64,000 nt of DNA from a virus. Its lineage: Duplodnaviria; Caudoviricetes. Position 1 is the first letter of the stretch. Every line of letters begins with the position of its first letter. The notes beneath the pieces were generated by a model. That model did not search any database and was not told the DNA's origin. It saw nothing but the letters and a program-made list of their open reading frames with translations. The position numbers and the translations under genes were made by a program. This document shows positions 27,938 to 38,377 of the stretch, piece after piece. The stretch is from positions 32,001 through 96,000 of IMG/VR virus record IMGVR_UViG_2799112265_000001, one strand, 5' to 3'.

Positions 27938-29728
27938 ATGTCCCTACCGCAGTCCCCCGCCCGGCGGCGCGTGACGCCCTCCAGCGAGGCGCTGCGCAAA
28001 GCCCGCCAGCCCGGCGTCACCTCCAAGGACGCCGCGAACGTCGCCGACGTCCTGCTCCGCGCCCCCGCCAAGGCCCGCCGGCACGCCTTCAAGCACGACA
28101 TGGGCGGCCGTGAGCGGGCGTACGTCATGCGGGAGGTCGAGCGGGCCACCGGCTCCATGTACGGGCTGTGGGCGGACACCCCGTCCGGGTTCATCGAGGA
28201 CGTCCTCGGCGAAAGCATCTGGGGCAAGCAGCGGGAGATCGTCGACGCGGTCCCGTTCCACAAGCGGGTGGCCGTCCCCGCCGGATTCGGCGTCGGAAAA
28301 ACGTGGATCGCGGGCAGGCTCGTCGCCTGGGCCGGGTCCGTCAACGCCCCCGGCACCATGGTCATCGTCACCACCGCGACCCGGTTCCGGCAGGTCCGTA
28401 ACCAGCTCTGGCCCCACATCCGCAAGACGGTCGCCCGAGCCGGGTTGCCGGGCTACTGCGACACGACGCAGTGGAAGATGCCCGACCAGTGGGGCAACGA
28501 CGTTCTCGTGGCGTACGGCTTCACCGCGCCGGACAACGACGAAGCCGCAATGCAGGGCATACATGGGACCCCGAAGCTGCTGATCGTCGTCGACGAGGCC
28601 GGCGGCATCGCGCGCATGATCGGCGCAGGCACGAACAACCTCCTCACCGGTGACGCGCGGATGCTGGCGATCGGCAACCCCGCGATGGACGACCCGCGGT
28701 CCTGGTTCGAGACCCTGTGCGAGGAAGGCGACGACCCCGAGGAACCGTCCACCGTCACCATCCCCATCGCCACGTTCGACTCCCCGGCGATCACCCGCGA
28801 ACGCGTCCCGTTCTGCAACGACTGCCCCGACGGCGTACCCCGGCACTCCCTCGCCATCCACCTCCCCGACCAGGACTGGGTGGACCGCACCCTGCGCGAG
28901 TACGGCGAGGACCACCCGTACGTCATCGCCAAGGTGCACGCCAAGTTCCCGAAGGGCGGCGGCGGCCTGGCGATCCCCGTCACCTGGGTCGAGGACGCGC
29001 AGAACAACGACGACCCGACCGGACCCGGCTGGCACCGGATATGCGACCTCGGCCTCGAAGGCGAGACCGCCAAGCACACCGTGAAGGAAGGGGCCTGGGT
29101 CCGGTTGGGCGTCGACGTCGCCGCCGACGGCGGCGATGAGTTCACCATCTACCGGGTGGTCGGCGACGCCGTGGAGATGCGTCACGCCAGCTCCGGCACC
29201 GCCAACGACAACCAGGTGAAGGTCGCGGAGAAGGTGCTCGAGGAGATCCGCGCCGCGCAGCGCCTGGCGGATGCCCTGAAGTCCCCGCACCCCGTCCGCG
29301 TGAAGGTCGACAAGAACGGCATCGGCCACGGCGCGACCAGCATGCTGGAGGTCTGGGCCGACAACGGCACCCACCAGGCCCAGATCGTGGGCGTCATGGT
29401 GTCCGAGAGCCCCAGCCAGGACGACCCCGGCGCCGTGATGCGCCCGTACCGGAAACGGGACGAGATGTGGCTCGCCACCAGGGCGCTGCTGCAGCCGGAC
29501 CCGTCCACCGGCACCGGACGGCTCCGGCTCCGCGTCGACCGGCAGGCCGGCATCCAGCTCTCCACGCCCAAGCTCGGGTCGAACACCGCCGGGTACAGCA
29601 TCATCGAGTCGAAGAAGACGATGAAGGCCCGCGGCATGAAGTCCCCCGACCGTGCGGAGGCCGCGCTCCTCGCCCTGTACGAGCCCGATCCGATCAACCG
29701 CCGTCGCCGTCGCGGTCTGCTCAACTGA
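27938..29728 (+). CDS. terL: phage terminase large subunit
   Basis: Walker A GFGVGKT, Walker B IVVDEAGG, IGNP coupling motif, nuclease GVDVA and SPDRAEA. Confidence 0.92.
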   Translation: MSLPQSPARRRVTPSSEALRKARQPGVTSKDAANVADVLLRAPAKARRHAFKHDMGGRERAYVMREVERATGSMYGLWADTPSGFIEDVLGESIWGKQREIVDAVPFHKRVAVPAGFGVGKTWIAGRLVAWAGSVNAPGTMVIVTTATRFRQVRNQLWPHIRKTVARAGLPGYCDTTQWKMPDQWGNDVLVAYGFTAPDNDEAAMQGIHGTPKLLIVVDEAGGIARMIGAGTNNLLTGDARMLAIGNPAMDDPRSWFETLCEEGDDPEEPSTVTIPIATFDSPAITRERVPFCNDCPDGVPRHSLAIHLPDQDWVDRTLREYGEDHPYVIAKVHAKFPKGGGGLAIPVTWVEDAQNNDDPTGPGWHRICDLGLEGETAKHTVKEGAWVRLGVDVAADGGDEFTIYRVVGDAVEMRHASSGTANDNQVKVAEKVLEEIRAAQRLADALKSPHPVRVKVDKNGIGHGATSMLEVWADNGTHQAQIVGVMVSESPSQDDPGAVMRPYRKRDEMWLATRALLQPDPSTGTGRLRLRVDRQAGIQLSTPKLGSNTAGYSIIESKKTMKARGMKSPDRAEAALLALYEPDPINRRRRRGLLN

Positions 29729-29825
29729 CGGCGGCCGCCGCGCTACGATCACGCCACCCTGGGCACCGGCTGGTCCTCTCCCCGGCCCGTGCCCGAGGGC
29801 CTCGCACGACTTTCGGAGGGCACCT

Positions 29826-30539
29826 GTGTCACGTCGTACACGCCGTCACGGCAGCGGAGGCCGCACCGGGCAGCACTACAGCGCCACCCCGAACCTGCGG
29901 TCCTACAGCACCCCACCGGCCGGGCCGGTCACCATCACCCGCGCCGACGGCACCACGGACGTCGAGGCCCCGCAGAGGGCCGTGCGCAGCACCCCGCCCG
30001 CGCAGCGGCGGAAGAAGCCGCCGGCCGGGAAGAAGCCGAAGCCGCGTCTGATGCCCACGATGAAGCAGCTCCTCACCGTGGAGTGCACCGGCTGCGGCCG
30101 GCCGGTGGGGGAGCCGTGCACGATGCGGCAGGGGCACCGCGCCCGGGTTGAGCTGTACCGGGCGGTCAACGGGCAGAGCGACGCCACCCCCGATCAGGTG
30201 AAGGCCGCCGTGCAGAAGGGGGCCCAGGTCCGGGAGGAGAAGCTGGCCGCACGCCGTCGCCCCCCGACCGAGGCCGAGCGCGCCTCGCGGGCCGCCCAGT
30301 CCGAGGCCGCCAAGGAGAACAACCGGCGCAAGAGCAGCAACGGGAATCCTGGCTCCCCAACCAGGTCGGCGAACACCCGCGCGGTTCCGCCTGCGCTCGT
30401 CAAGGCCCGCGTCTGCCGCCGGTGCGGCGCAGCACCCGGCGAGTCGTGCAACGCTCGGTTGAAGGACGGCTCGGCCGCGTTCCACCAGGAGCGGGTGCAG
30501 GATGCCCGCCGCGACCTCCAGGCCGTGATCGACGGCTGA
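29826..30539 (+). CDS. basic protein with two phage-type zinc-finger repeats
   Basis: CTGCGRPVGEPC...HRAR and CRRCGAAPGESC...HQER. Confidence 0.75.
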   Translation: MSRRTRRHGSGGRTGQHYSATPNLRSYSTPPAGPVTITRADGTTDVEAPQRAVRSTPPAQRRKKPPAGKKPKPRLMPTMKQLLTVECTGCGRPVGEPCTMRQGHRARVELYRAVNGQSDATPDQVKAAVQKGAQVREEKLAARRRPPTEAERASRAAQSEAAKENNRRKSSNGNPGSPTRSANTRAVPPALVKARVCRRCGAAPGESCNARLKDGSAAFHQERVQDARRDLQAVIDG

Positions 30540-30615
30540 CCGGGCACGGGCGAGAACGAGCCCATCCTGGCCGCACCTCCACCCGGGCCGACCGGACAAG
30601 GCACACTCTTGTGTC

Positions 30616-31632
30616 ATGAGTTCGCCCGCCCACCGCCTCAACGCCGGCAGCGGCCGCCCCGACACGGCGGCCACGCTCACCGTCGTGCCCCCGCCCGCGA
30701 CCGCTGTCGTCGAGCTGGAGCAGGTTGTCGGCCGGCTCCGACGGCTGCACCGGGCCTCGCCGCGCTTCCTGTCCGCCGCCCGGCTGCAGCAGATCGAATG
30801 GGTGGCCGCCGAACTCACCACCGCGCTCCCGCTCGGCCTGTCCGAGACCGCCGGGGAATCCCTGGCCGCTCTCCTCGCCGAGGACGCCGTCGGCGCCTAC
30901 CTGGCCTACAGCCGCAGCGGCTTCCTGCGGACCATGCCCACCGTCTCCACCGACCCCACCAGCAGCGACGCCTCCGAACGCATCCGGATCTTCTGCCTGG
31001 ACCTGATCGCCCGCGAGGCCAAGGTCCCCTTCACGATCCCCCCGGCCCTCCCGCAGAAGCTCAGCCGGACCCGTCCGGACTTCGCCGACCTCATCACCAG
31101 CCACCTGGACGAGCTGGCCGAACGGCATCTCGTCGAGGGCGGCGAGGAGTGGGTGGAGTCGTTCTCCTCGGAGTCCCTGGTCCGGGGCCGCGCCATGTGG
31201 GCGGTCATGCGACGCCTCAAGCCCCGCATCGGGGAACTGGAGGTGATGGGGACGACCGACTGCGTCGCGGACGCCAGCGGGCTCTACACGGTGACCGTGA
31301 TCCGGATGCCCCAGGGCGGTAACCGCGGGGAGAGACCGGAAGCCGACACGGCCACCCTCGACGAGGCAGACAGCGCTCTGATGGGCGAGTGGCTGAAGCT
31401 GCGCACCGAGCTGATCACCCGACTGCGCGGCGGTGTCCCCGATCAGCTCTGGCTGGCCGTGCCGCCCGCCGCCGACTACGGCGTCCCCATCAACCGGCGC
31501 GGCATCAGCCGGTTCTACAAGAAGGTCGCCGACCAGATCCAGAGAAAGCAGGACGCCGCCGGCGTTCCCGAGGAAGACCTGATCCCCACCAGGTGGGAGA
31601 CGTTGCGGCGCGCCCTGGCCGCACCCGACTAG
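30616..31632 (+). CDS. degenerate tyrosine-recombinase-like protein
   Basis: PRIGEL, LWLAV, PINRRGI and TLRR resemble the integrase core; ends before the catalytic Tyr. Confidence 0.5.
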   Translation: MSSPAHRLNAGSGRPDTAATLTVVPPPATAVVELEQVVGRLRRLHRASPRFLSAARLQQIEWVAAELTTALPLGLSETAGESLAALLAEDAVGAYLAYSRSGFLRTMPTVSTDPTSSDASERIRIFCLDLIAREAKVPFTIPPALPQKLSRTRPDFADLITSHLDELAERHLVEGGEEWVESFSSESLVRGRAMWAVMRRLKPRIGELEVMGTTDCVADASGLYTVTVIRMPQGGNRGERPEADTATLDEADSALMGEWLKLRTELITRLRGGVPDQLWLAVPPAADYGVPINRRGISRFYKKVADQIQRKQDAAGVPEEDLIPTRWETLRRALAAPD

Positions 31633-31683
31633 GCGCGCCTGGAAGGCGCCTGAGCGCCCCCAGGACGCTGGTACGGTCCCCGC

Positions 31684-31899
31684 ATGGATATCGCCTGTCC
31701 CGCACCGCTCTTCGCGTCCCTCACGGCCGCTGAACGCGTCGAGGTGGAGCGGGCGGCGGCCGTCGCCGGGCAGCCGGTCGAGGAGTTCGTGCGGGCCGCC
31801 GTGCTGGACGCGGCCCGCGATCCGTTCCTCGCCGCCCTCGACCAGGCCGTCACTACTGTCGTCACCCGAGACCGGATTCAGCACGACTACGCCCGCTGA
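31684..31899 (+). CDS. DUF1778-like ribbon-helix-helix protein
   Basis: ERVEVERAAAVAGQPVEEFVRAAVLDAA. Confidence 0.6.
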   Translation: MDIACPAPLFASLTAAERVEVERAAAVAGQPVEEFVRAAVLDAARDPFLAALDQAVTTVVTRDRIQHDYAR

Positions 31900-31926
31900 G
31901 TCCTGTGGGGCCCGTAGGCTCCCACC

Positions 31927-32289
31927 ATGGCAGAACTGACCTCCCTCGCCGACGCCTACGACCTCGAACGCGTACGTGAGGCGCCCGCCAGGGGGCGCGA
32001 CGCCATGGCGCAGGTCGCCGCCTACGAGGAGCGGACGAAAACACACCCCGGCCGCAGGCACTGGTCGCTCGCCGACCAGAACGACCCGGGCGACACCGGC
32101 CCCGCCGAGGTCCTCGACGGCGACCTCGACCGGTGGAAGCGGCTCAAGAGCGGCCCAAACCGCGGCATGTGGCGCATGGTGGGCTTCCGGCCCGGCGACT
32201 ACGAGGCCCGCGCCGGCGAAGACCAGACCTGGCAGCAGCTCGCTTACCACTACGGCCCGCTCACCGAAGCCGACAGCGAGGGCCGATGA
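31927..32289 (+). CDS. hypothetical protein
   Basis: TAGGCT 7 nt before ATG (leaderless-type start). Confidence 0.7.
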   Translation: MAELTSLADAYDLERVREAPARGRDAMAQVAAYEERTKTHPGRRHWSLADQNDPGDTGPAEVLDGDLDRWKRLKSGPNRGMWRMVGFRPGDYEARAGEDQTWQQLAYHYGPLTEADSEGR

Positions 32290-32672
32290 ACAGGGACCGC
32301 ATCGACCAGGTGCTGGGCGCCGGATACGGCCGCCTGGCCGAGGCGCGGATGGGCGTGGAAGAGGCGTGCGCGGCAGTGGTCCAGATGGCCAAGGACGTGG
32401 ACGACTTCAGGCCGCTCGGTACCGACGAACTGCCCGCCGCCATCGCAGCACTGGAGTCCTCCGAATACGTCGACGAGGACGACGCCGGCGCCCGCTGGGT
32501 CTCCCGCGCCTTCACCGCCACCCCGGCCAGCGCACGGACCGCCGGATGGGCTGCGCTGGCGTTCACCGGCTCCATGATGATCCTGCGGGCTGCCCTGGCC
32601 GAAGTGGACGCGGCGCTCGCCGCCATCCACCTGCCAGGTCCGACCGCGCCCGGCGGCACCTTCTCCGCCTGA
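32286..32672 (+). CDS. hypothetical protein
   Basis: ATGA overlap. Confidence 0.7.
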   Translation: MNRDRIDQVLGAGYGRLAEARMGVEEACAAVVQMAKDVDDFRPLGTDELPAAIAALESSEYVDEDDAGARWVSRAFTATPASARTAGWAALAFTGSMMILRAALAEVDAALAAIHLPGPTAPGGTFSA

Positions 32673-32692
32673 CCCCTGAAAGGCTTCCGTCC

Positions 32693-33301
32693 GTGGCACT
32701 GGCCTGGAACGTCGACCGCCTGGTGGCCGTCGACGACGAGTACGACCGCGAGTACGCCGACTTCCGTGGCGGCTCCCGATACGAGACCTACCTGAAGAAG
32801 AACCAGAAGCGGTTCGCAGCGTCCCAGTGGGACGACGAGATGGACCCCGTGCGGTTTGCGATCGACGCCTGGGCGATCGCCACCGGGCCCATCCTGAGCC
32901 CCGGCTACGTCCGGTTCCGGCCAGACCTGTTCAGCATCGCCCTGCGCCGCGACGATTGGGACGGAGCCCTGTACGCGGAGATCGAGCTACCGCTCCAGCA
33001 GCACCACCTCACCGGCCCGCGCATCCCGTACGAGTGGAGGGACTGGGAGACGGCCCGGTTCCAGAACGGCGTTGACGAGAACTTCCGCAGCCTCGCAGAG
33101 CCCGAGACCGATGGCAGCGTGACCAAGGCCATCCTCACCACGACTCTCGTGCGCATCCCCGGCCGAGACTGGGCCCTGGTCACCCCGACCGCCCTTGAGG
33201 GCCCCACCTTCTACGAGGAGGCCCGCCGCGCCCTCGCCCTGGTTGCGGACCACCTCAACCGTGAGGCCGCCCCCATCATCACCTCCCTCCGTGCGGGATA
33301 G
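32693..33301 (+). CDS. hypothetical protein
   Basis: GC3-rich; start uncertain. Confidence 0.7.
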   Translation: MALAWNVDRLVAVDDEYDREYADFRGGSRYETYLKKNQKRFAASQWDDEMDPVRFAIDAWAIATGPILSPGYVRFRPDLFSIALRRDDWDGALYAEIELPLQQHHLTGPRIPYEWRDWETARFQNGVDENFRSLAEPETDGSVTKAILTTTLVRIPGRDWALVTPTALEGPTFYEEARRALALVADHLNREAAPIITSLRAG

Positions 33302-33311
33302 CCTGACTGCC

Positions 33312-34061
33312 ATGCCCTACATTCCTCGGCTCACCGCGGAGACCGTCCGCTGGCACTGGCATCCGGACGACCGGCGCAGCGAAGACACCGTCGAGGGCAT
33401 CTGCTGCGAGTTGGCCGAGCTGTTCCGGACCACGTGGCGCACGGTGAAGTCCCGCGCCGCCGACAACCGCGCGACGGACCCGGCCCTGCACCGCCTGATG
33501 GCCAACCTGCGCCTTACGGGCCTGGACGTGACGGCGGACGGGTGCGTGCTCTCCCTGTGGGTGTCCGGCCGGGGGAGTCACGACCTCCTGCACGCCCGCA
33601 CCGGGGAACGCATGACGGCCGCCCTGACCGAGGAAGCCCGTACCGAGGTGCGGGTCGCCGACTGTGACAGTCGCCTGCGATGGACGAACGGCATCCCCTG
33701 CTCCGAGCAGGCCCCCCTAGCACGACCCGTTCCGCCTGACCCGGAGGCCGTCCGCGCCTTCGAGGCCCACCTGGACGCCGTGGTGGAGGGCATCGTGGTG
33801 GAGGACGGCCCGCAGGCCGGCAGTGAGCGGCTGCTGCTCGCCCTGGAGCGCCGACTGGGGTTCCGCCCAGGCGCGTACTGGGGCATGCGCCCCGACGGCA
33901 TGGTCACCCTGCGCTGCGCGCCGGACGAGGCCCGCCGCCTGCTCGCCCTCGGCGTGCCCGCGAAGCCAAGCCTGGACGGGGGCTTCGGAGTGGTCGTCGC
34001 CTTCACGCTCACCGACCGACAGTGCCGTGAGTTCGCCGACGTGGTGGCGGCGCACTCCTAG
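33312..34061 (+). CDS. hypothetical protein
   Basis: TAGCCT 7 nt before ATG. Confidence 0.7.
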   Translation: MPYIPRLTAETVRWHWHPDDRRSEDTVEGICCELAELFRTTWRTVKSRAADNRATDPALHRLMANLRLTGLDVTADGCVLSLWVSGRGSHDLLHARTGERMTAALTEEARTEVRVADCDSRLRWTNGIPCSEQAPLARPVPPDPEAVRAFEAHLDAVVEGIVVEDGPQAGSERLLLALERRLGFRPGAYWGMRPDGMVTLRCAPDEARRLLALGVPAKPSLDGGFGVVVAFTLTDRQCREFADVVAAHS

Positions 34062-34359
34062 TCGAACCCCGACGGCGCGCCCGCGCGCGAGGGGGCGCAG
34101 AGGCGCGAGGCGCTACCTGATGTCGGCCGCTTTCGGTATGGTGCCAACTGCACGGCCACGCACAGGCCCAAGCCAGCCTCAGCCCATGACTGGGAGCGAT
34201 CTGAGGCGAAGGTGCCAGGACAGACGGTCCCAGCGCATCAGTGCGGAGCACCATCACCTCGTCTTCGACGACGTACCTCCGTATGCCCGCGCAGGTCCAC
34301 CGAGTTCTCCGCGTGCAACGGGTCATGGGTAACCGCTGCGCGCCACCGAGGAGAGACTC

Positions 34360-35415
34360 GTGGTCAAGAAGCACGGCAAGAAGCAGCGCGCGAAGCAGCG
34401 TTCGCGCCGTACCGGAGCGGCCCACGCGTCGGCGGCCGCCAACACCCTGCACAACCATCCCGAGCCGGACACCGGCCTGCTGGCGGGCATGATGCCCTAC
34501 GTGCCCGGTTGGGAAGCTGACGACGCATTGGCCACTCGGCTCGTCGCCGCGTGCTGGGCCGCCTGCATGCCATGCCAGAAGTCGATCGGGAAGCAGGTCG
34601 TCGCGCACCGGGCCACCCTCGCCGGACTCGCCGGCACCATGTTCCTCACCCAGCCGGACGCCGTCCGCACGCCCACCCCACTTACCGGGGGAGCCGCCCG
34701 AGAATGGATCGACCAGGCGCACGGCAAGGCGTTCACGGCCGGCGCAGAGACGGCACTTCGGGCGGTGCAGGAACTGGAGGAGACGGCGGCCGCCGATCTG
34801 CTCGATGCGACGCTCGACCTCTGGGCCATGTCGGGGACAAGCCGCCCCGGCATCGGCCTCGCCGACCGCCTCACGCAGGCACCACCGCGCCAGCGCCCCG
34901 CCGACCCCATGGACGCGTTCCGCAAGGCGGGGATCAACGTGGTGACGCTCGATGACCTTGACCTGGGTGACGTCGACGCCTACCACTTGGCCCCGAACTA
35001 CGGCGTGATGCCGATGAAGACGACCGGGCCGGACGGTCATCCGATGCCGATGCTCCTGCTGTACCCGGAAACCGAGGACGCGGGAATCGAAGACCTGGAG
35101 GCCCGCACCGACTGGGAGCACTGGGGCCTGCACGGGATGCCGCACATGGACCCGTTGTGGCGGGTGCGCGCCCGGATCGCCGACCGGTCCTTGCAGGGCC
35201 TCGTTCATGTCGGGCCGGACGGCGACGACGCCGTCGAGCTGTGGCGGGCGGCCGAGTCCGTGAGCCTCCCCGCGGCCTGGTGGGACCTGCTCGACCGCGT
35301 CCAGCACGTCCTGGTCGTCGGCCCGGTCCCCGAACCCGAGACCCCCGGTGCGCTGAAGGCCGAGGCCAACGCGGGCAGGCTGCTGGCTGTCGTCGCGCGT
35401 GTGGCGTTCGCCTGA
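34360..35415 (+). CDS. hypothetical protein with basic N-terminus and CxxC
   Basis: GAGGAGAG RBS; MVKKHGKKQRAKQRSRRTG. Confidence 0.8.
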   Translation: MVKKHGKKQRAKQRSRRTGAAHASAAANTLHNHPEPDTGLLAGMMPYVPGWEADDALATRLVAACWAACMPCQKSIGKQVVAHRATLAGLAGTMFLTQPDAVRTPTPLTGGAAREWIDQAHGKAFTAGAETALRAVQELEETAAADLLDATLDLWAMSGTSRPGIGLADRLTQAPPRQRPADPMDAFRKAGINVVTLDDLDLGDVDAYHLAPNYGVMPMKTTGPDGHPMPMLLLYPETEDAGIEDLEARTDWEHWGLHGMPHMDPLWRVRARIADRSLQGLVHVGPDGDDAVELWRAAESVSLPAAWWDLLDRVQHVLVVGPVPEPETPGALKAEANAGRLLAVVARVAFA

Positions 35416-35660
35416 TGGCCGCCGGAACCCGGCGCCCGCGCCGCGACCGTGACGACCGCCAGGAGGACCGGGAGACGCTGCCCGGCATCGCCGAGGTGCG
35501 GCTTCGCGCCGACGAGAACACCGCGAAGGTCGTGATGGACGTCCTGCGCGCCAACTTCACGGTCACCCGAGCACGCGACTATCCCGGTGACCGCTGGTAC
35601 TTCGCTCTCGACACCGGCAACACCGCCCTGGACCTCGATGGACCGGAGACCCCCTCATGA
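35415..35660 (+). CDS. hypothetical protein
   Basis: TGATG coupling. Confidence 0.7.
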   Translation: MAAGTRRPRRDRDDRQEDRETLPGIAEVRLRADENTAKVVMDVLRANFTVTRARDYPGDRWYFALDTGNTALDLDGPETPS

Positions 35661-36091
35661 CGCCGTTCTTCCAGTTCGCGGCAGCCCGGATCACGCCGTA
35701 CACCGCCGCCGGTCAGCCGTCCGACGAATACCTCGACCTGTCCGTGCACGGACTCGCCCTCGTCGTCGCCGACGCCGACGCCCACGGCGGCGAGAGGTAC
35801 ATCCTCCGCCTGGCCGACGAGAAACTGCCGGTCCTCCCGCCCACCTCGGAGCGCGGCTACGACCTGCTGCTGTGGGACCCCTGCATGCCCGCGCGGCTGC
35901 CCCGATACAAGGAGGCGTGGCTGCATCGGGTGACCCTGTCCCCCGCCCCTCCCGGCCCTGGCTACGTCAGCTTGGCCGGCCCCGCCTGGGGCCGCACCTT
36001 CCACCTCGAAACGGAGCCTCCCGTCCCGTTCGCCACCACCGCGCCGCCGGGCCTGGAAGTTCTGACCCACGACCTGCCCGAAGGGAACTGA
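35657..36091 (+). CDS. hypothetical protein
   Basis: ATGA coupling. Confidence 0.7.
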   Translation: MTPFFQFAAARITPYTAAGQPSDEYLDLSVHGLALVVADADAHGGERYILRLADEKLPVLPPTSERGYDLLLWDPCMPARLPRYKEAWLHRVTLSPAPPGPGYVSLAGPAWGRTFHLETEPPVPFATTAPPGLEVLTHDLPEGN

Positions 36092-36093
36092 CC

Positions 36094-36798
36094 ATGAGCG
36101 ACGAGCTGTACGAGACCCCCGCCGAGGCGGACACCAGCGACCTGCGGGCAGGCAAGCGGATCACGGTCACCGAGGCCGCCGTGGAGCTGGCGGCGATCGA
36201 CCTGCGCCTCCGCCAACTGGCCCGTGCCCTGGAAACCCCGGAGACGCCGGTCGAACTGGACTCGCTCATCGAGAGCCTGCGCGGCCATGCCGGAAGCCAC
36301 CGTGGGCAGGCCGAGCGCATGGCTCGCCTCGCCCGGATCGTGGACGGCGGCATCCCGCTCGCCAAGCACTTCCCCCACCGCGGCGAGGGATGGGGCGCGG
36401 CCGCGCGGGACAGCGACCGCGAGGACTTCGGTGGCCCTGCGATCATTCCCACCGAGAATCAGCTCGACCTGCTCGCCCGGGAGGGGGCCCGCCTAGTCAA
36501 GAAGGGCGAGGAGACCACCACCTTCCCGGAGGCGATGAAGGGCGTCGGGCTGGGCTGGGAGTCCAAGGCCGCCAGTGCGCGGCGCCGCCGCGAGCGGGAC
36601 GCCGAGGTCGACAAGCAGGTGCTGCGCACGAAGTGCGAGACCCCGACGTGCCAGGCGGGCGACGGGGAACCGTGCCGTACGAAGCACGGCCGGATCTCCG
36701 AGCAGCCGCACACCGGCCGTCTCCGCGAGGCCGAGGCCACCGTCGACGCCCGACTCGGCTACCTCGGAGACAACCCGGTAGCCGTCCTGGACGCCTGA
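36094..36798 (+). CDS. protein with a C-terminal phage-type zinc finger
   Basis: CETPTCQAGDGEPC...PHTGR. Confidence 0.75.
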   Translation: MSDELYETPAEADTSDLRAGKRITVTEAAVELAAIDLRLRQLARALETPETPVELDSLIESLRGHAGSHRGQAERMARLARIVDGGIPLAKHFPHRGEGWGAAARDSDREDFGGPAIIPTENQLDLLAREGARLVKKGEETTTFPEAMKGVGLGWESKAASARRRRERDAEVDKQVLRTKCETPTCQAGDGEPCRTKHGRISEQPHTGRLREAEATVDARLGYLGDNPVAVLDA

Positions 36799-36804
36799 CG
36801 CCGA

Positions 36805-36834
36805 CAAGGCCCGCACGTTGCCGTGCGGGCCTTG
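36805..36834. terminator. bidirectional terminator hairpin
   Basis: CAAGGCCCGCACG-TTGC-CGTGCGGGCCTTG between convergent genes. Confidence 0.75.
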
Positions 36835-36845
36835 CGCGAGTCTGC

Positions 36846-38012
36846 CTACGCCGAGGGTTCCTGGGCGTCCGGGTCGTAGATCGGGACCTTGGCGAACCGG
36901 TTCCGGTTGGCGTCCTTGGCCGCGCGCACGTAGATCCGGGGCATGCGAGAGCCCCGCCGCCAGCGGCCGGCGTCCTCCAGCTCCTCCTCGGTGGCGTTGT
37001 TCATACCGAGGTCGGTGGCCCCGCCGGCACGCAGGCTGTGGGAGGACACGGGCCGCCCGTCCGTCACCAGTCCGGCGGCCTTGAACCACAACTTCACACG
37101 CTCGTTGACGGTCTGCGGGCGCAGGTAGTCACCGCGCTTGGTGGCCGTCTTGGCGCGGGTCTCCGACGAGGCGACCTTGCCGCTCCGCTTGACCTCCCGG
37201 AACAGCGGGCCGCTGGTGATGCCCTGCTGCTGGAGGTAGCCGAGCCAGCGGCGCAGCCGGAACACCAGCCGCAGGTCCGTCCGGTCGTGCAGCACGATCG
37301 TCTGCTCGTCGTCGTGCGTCTTGTCCTCGGCCAGCCAGACGATCACCCGGTCGTCCAGGATGGTGAGGTCTTCAATGTCGAAGTCGACGTCCTCAACGCT
37401 TCGCCCGAGGAACTGGTACCCGAAGGCCATCATCGCCGAGTCCCGCCAGGCGATCGGCCGGTCGGCCGCGTCGGCCTTGGCCAGCATCGGCATGAGGTAC
37501 GCCAGCGTGATCGGGAAGGCTTCCTTGCGGCGCAGCGCCCGCTTGTTCTTCTTCCGGTACTGCACCATCAGGGACTTGAAGATGCTCTTGTCGGGCCGCT
37601 TCCCCGGCGGCATCGACGTCATGATCAGCGACATGTAGTTGTTGATCGTGGTGACCTTGAGCTGCTTGCGCATCAGGTGGCGGCCGTACTCGGTGTACGT
37701 CGCCGTGGTGCACGGCTTCGCCACTCGCCCCTCCTGCGCGCACCACGCCTCGAACAGGCGCATGGCCGTACGCCGCGGCGGCGACTCCTCCTCCCGCGCC
37801 TTCTTGATCGCCTCGGCGGTCTCCTCGCTGACGTGCAGATCCCGCTCGCTGTACGTCACACCCGGCGTGTCGGTGGTCGGGATCTCCTCGCCGGGGAACA
37901 GCACGGTGTGCGCGTCGACGAGCGGCCGCGGCGCCGGTTCCTCGATGACCGCCAGGGCGCCGCCGTCGTCGACGATCTCGGCGGTGACGATCTCCTCATC
38001 GTCCGGGGTCAC
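36846..38012 (-). CDS. tyrosine recombinase (Cre-like)
   Basis: RDSAMM...GRSVE, DKTH, HSLRAGGAT and GRW...PRIY give a complete R-K-H-R-W-Y set. Confidence 0.92.
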   Translation of the reverse strand: MTPDDEEIVTAEIVDDGGALAVIEEPAPRPLVDAHTVLFPGEEIPTTDTPGVTYSERDLHVSEETAEAIKKAREEESPPRRTAMRLFEAWCAQEGRVAKPCTTATYTEYGRHLMRKQLKVTTINNYMSLIMTSMPPGKRPDKSIFKSLMVQYRKKNKRALRRKEAFPITLAYLMPMLAKADAADRPIAWRDSAMMAFGYQFLGRSVEDVDFDIEDLTILDDRVIVWLAEDKTHDDEQTIVLHDRTDLRLVFRLRRWLGYLQQQGITSGPLFREVKRSGKVASSETRAKTATKRGDYLRPQTVNERVKLWFKAAGLVTDGRPVSSHSLRAGGATDLGMNNATEEELEDAGRWRRGSRMPRIYVRAAKDANRNRFAKVPIYDPDAQEPSA

Positions 38013-38377
38013 GCTTCCGCCCACTGAACTTGGAGGATGGACTGCCCCTCCATGACCCGGAAGGCGTGGCCGCAGGGCGTGAGGGTGAGGAGGCGCCCGG
38101 CGATCTGATGACCGGGCCACAGGCTCCGCGGTCCGTCGAGGATGGGGGCGTAGGCGACGATGTTGTCCTGGGCCATCGCCGTGGTGGTCTCCTGGCACTG
38201 GGGGCACCATGCCTCGGTTACCGGCCCGTCCTTGATGCCTACGGCCTTTACGGGGCCGGGCAGGTCCGGCGCCTGCTCATAGCGGAAGACCAGATCCTCG
38301 TCCGCCGAAAGCTCCAGCCCAGGCAGCACCATCGGCAGGTCGCTCGCGCGTCGTTCCACCGTCACCGGTCTCTCCAC
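38009..38377 (-). CDS. hypothetical protein (CxxC, PCGH)
   Basis: Coupled to the recombinase start. Confidence 0.65.
   Translation of the reverse strand: MERPVTVERRASDLPMVLPGLELSADEDLVFRYEQAPDLPGPVKAVGIKDGPVTEAWCPQCQETTTAMAQDNIVAYAPILDGPRSLWPGHQIAGRLLTLTPCGHAFRVMEGQSILQVQWAEA

Noticed and set aside
27760-28113. Small terminase upstream of terL
   Set aside because: Low-complexity ORF overlapping terL, with no RBS or HTH
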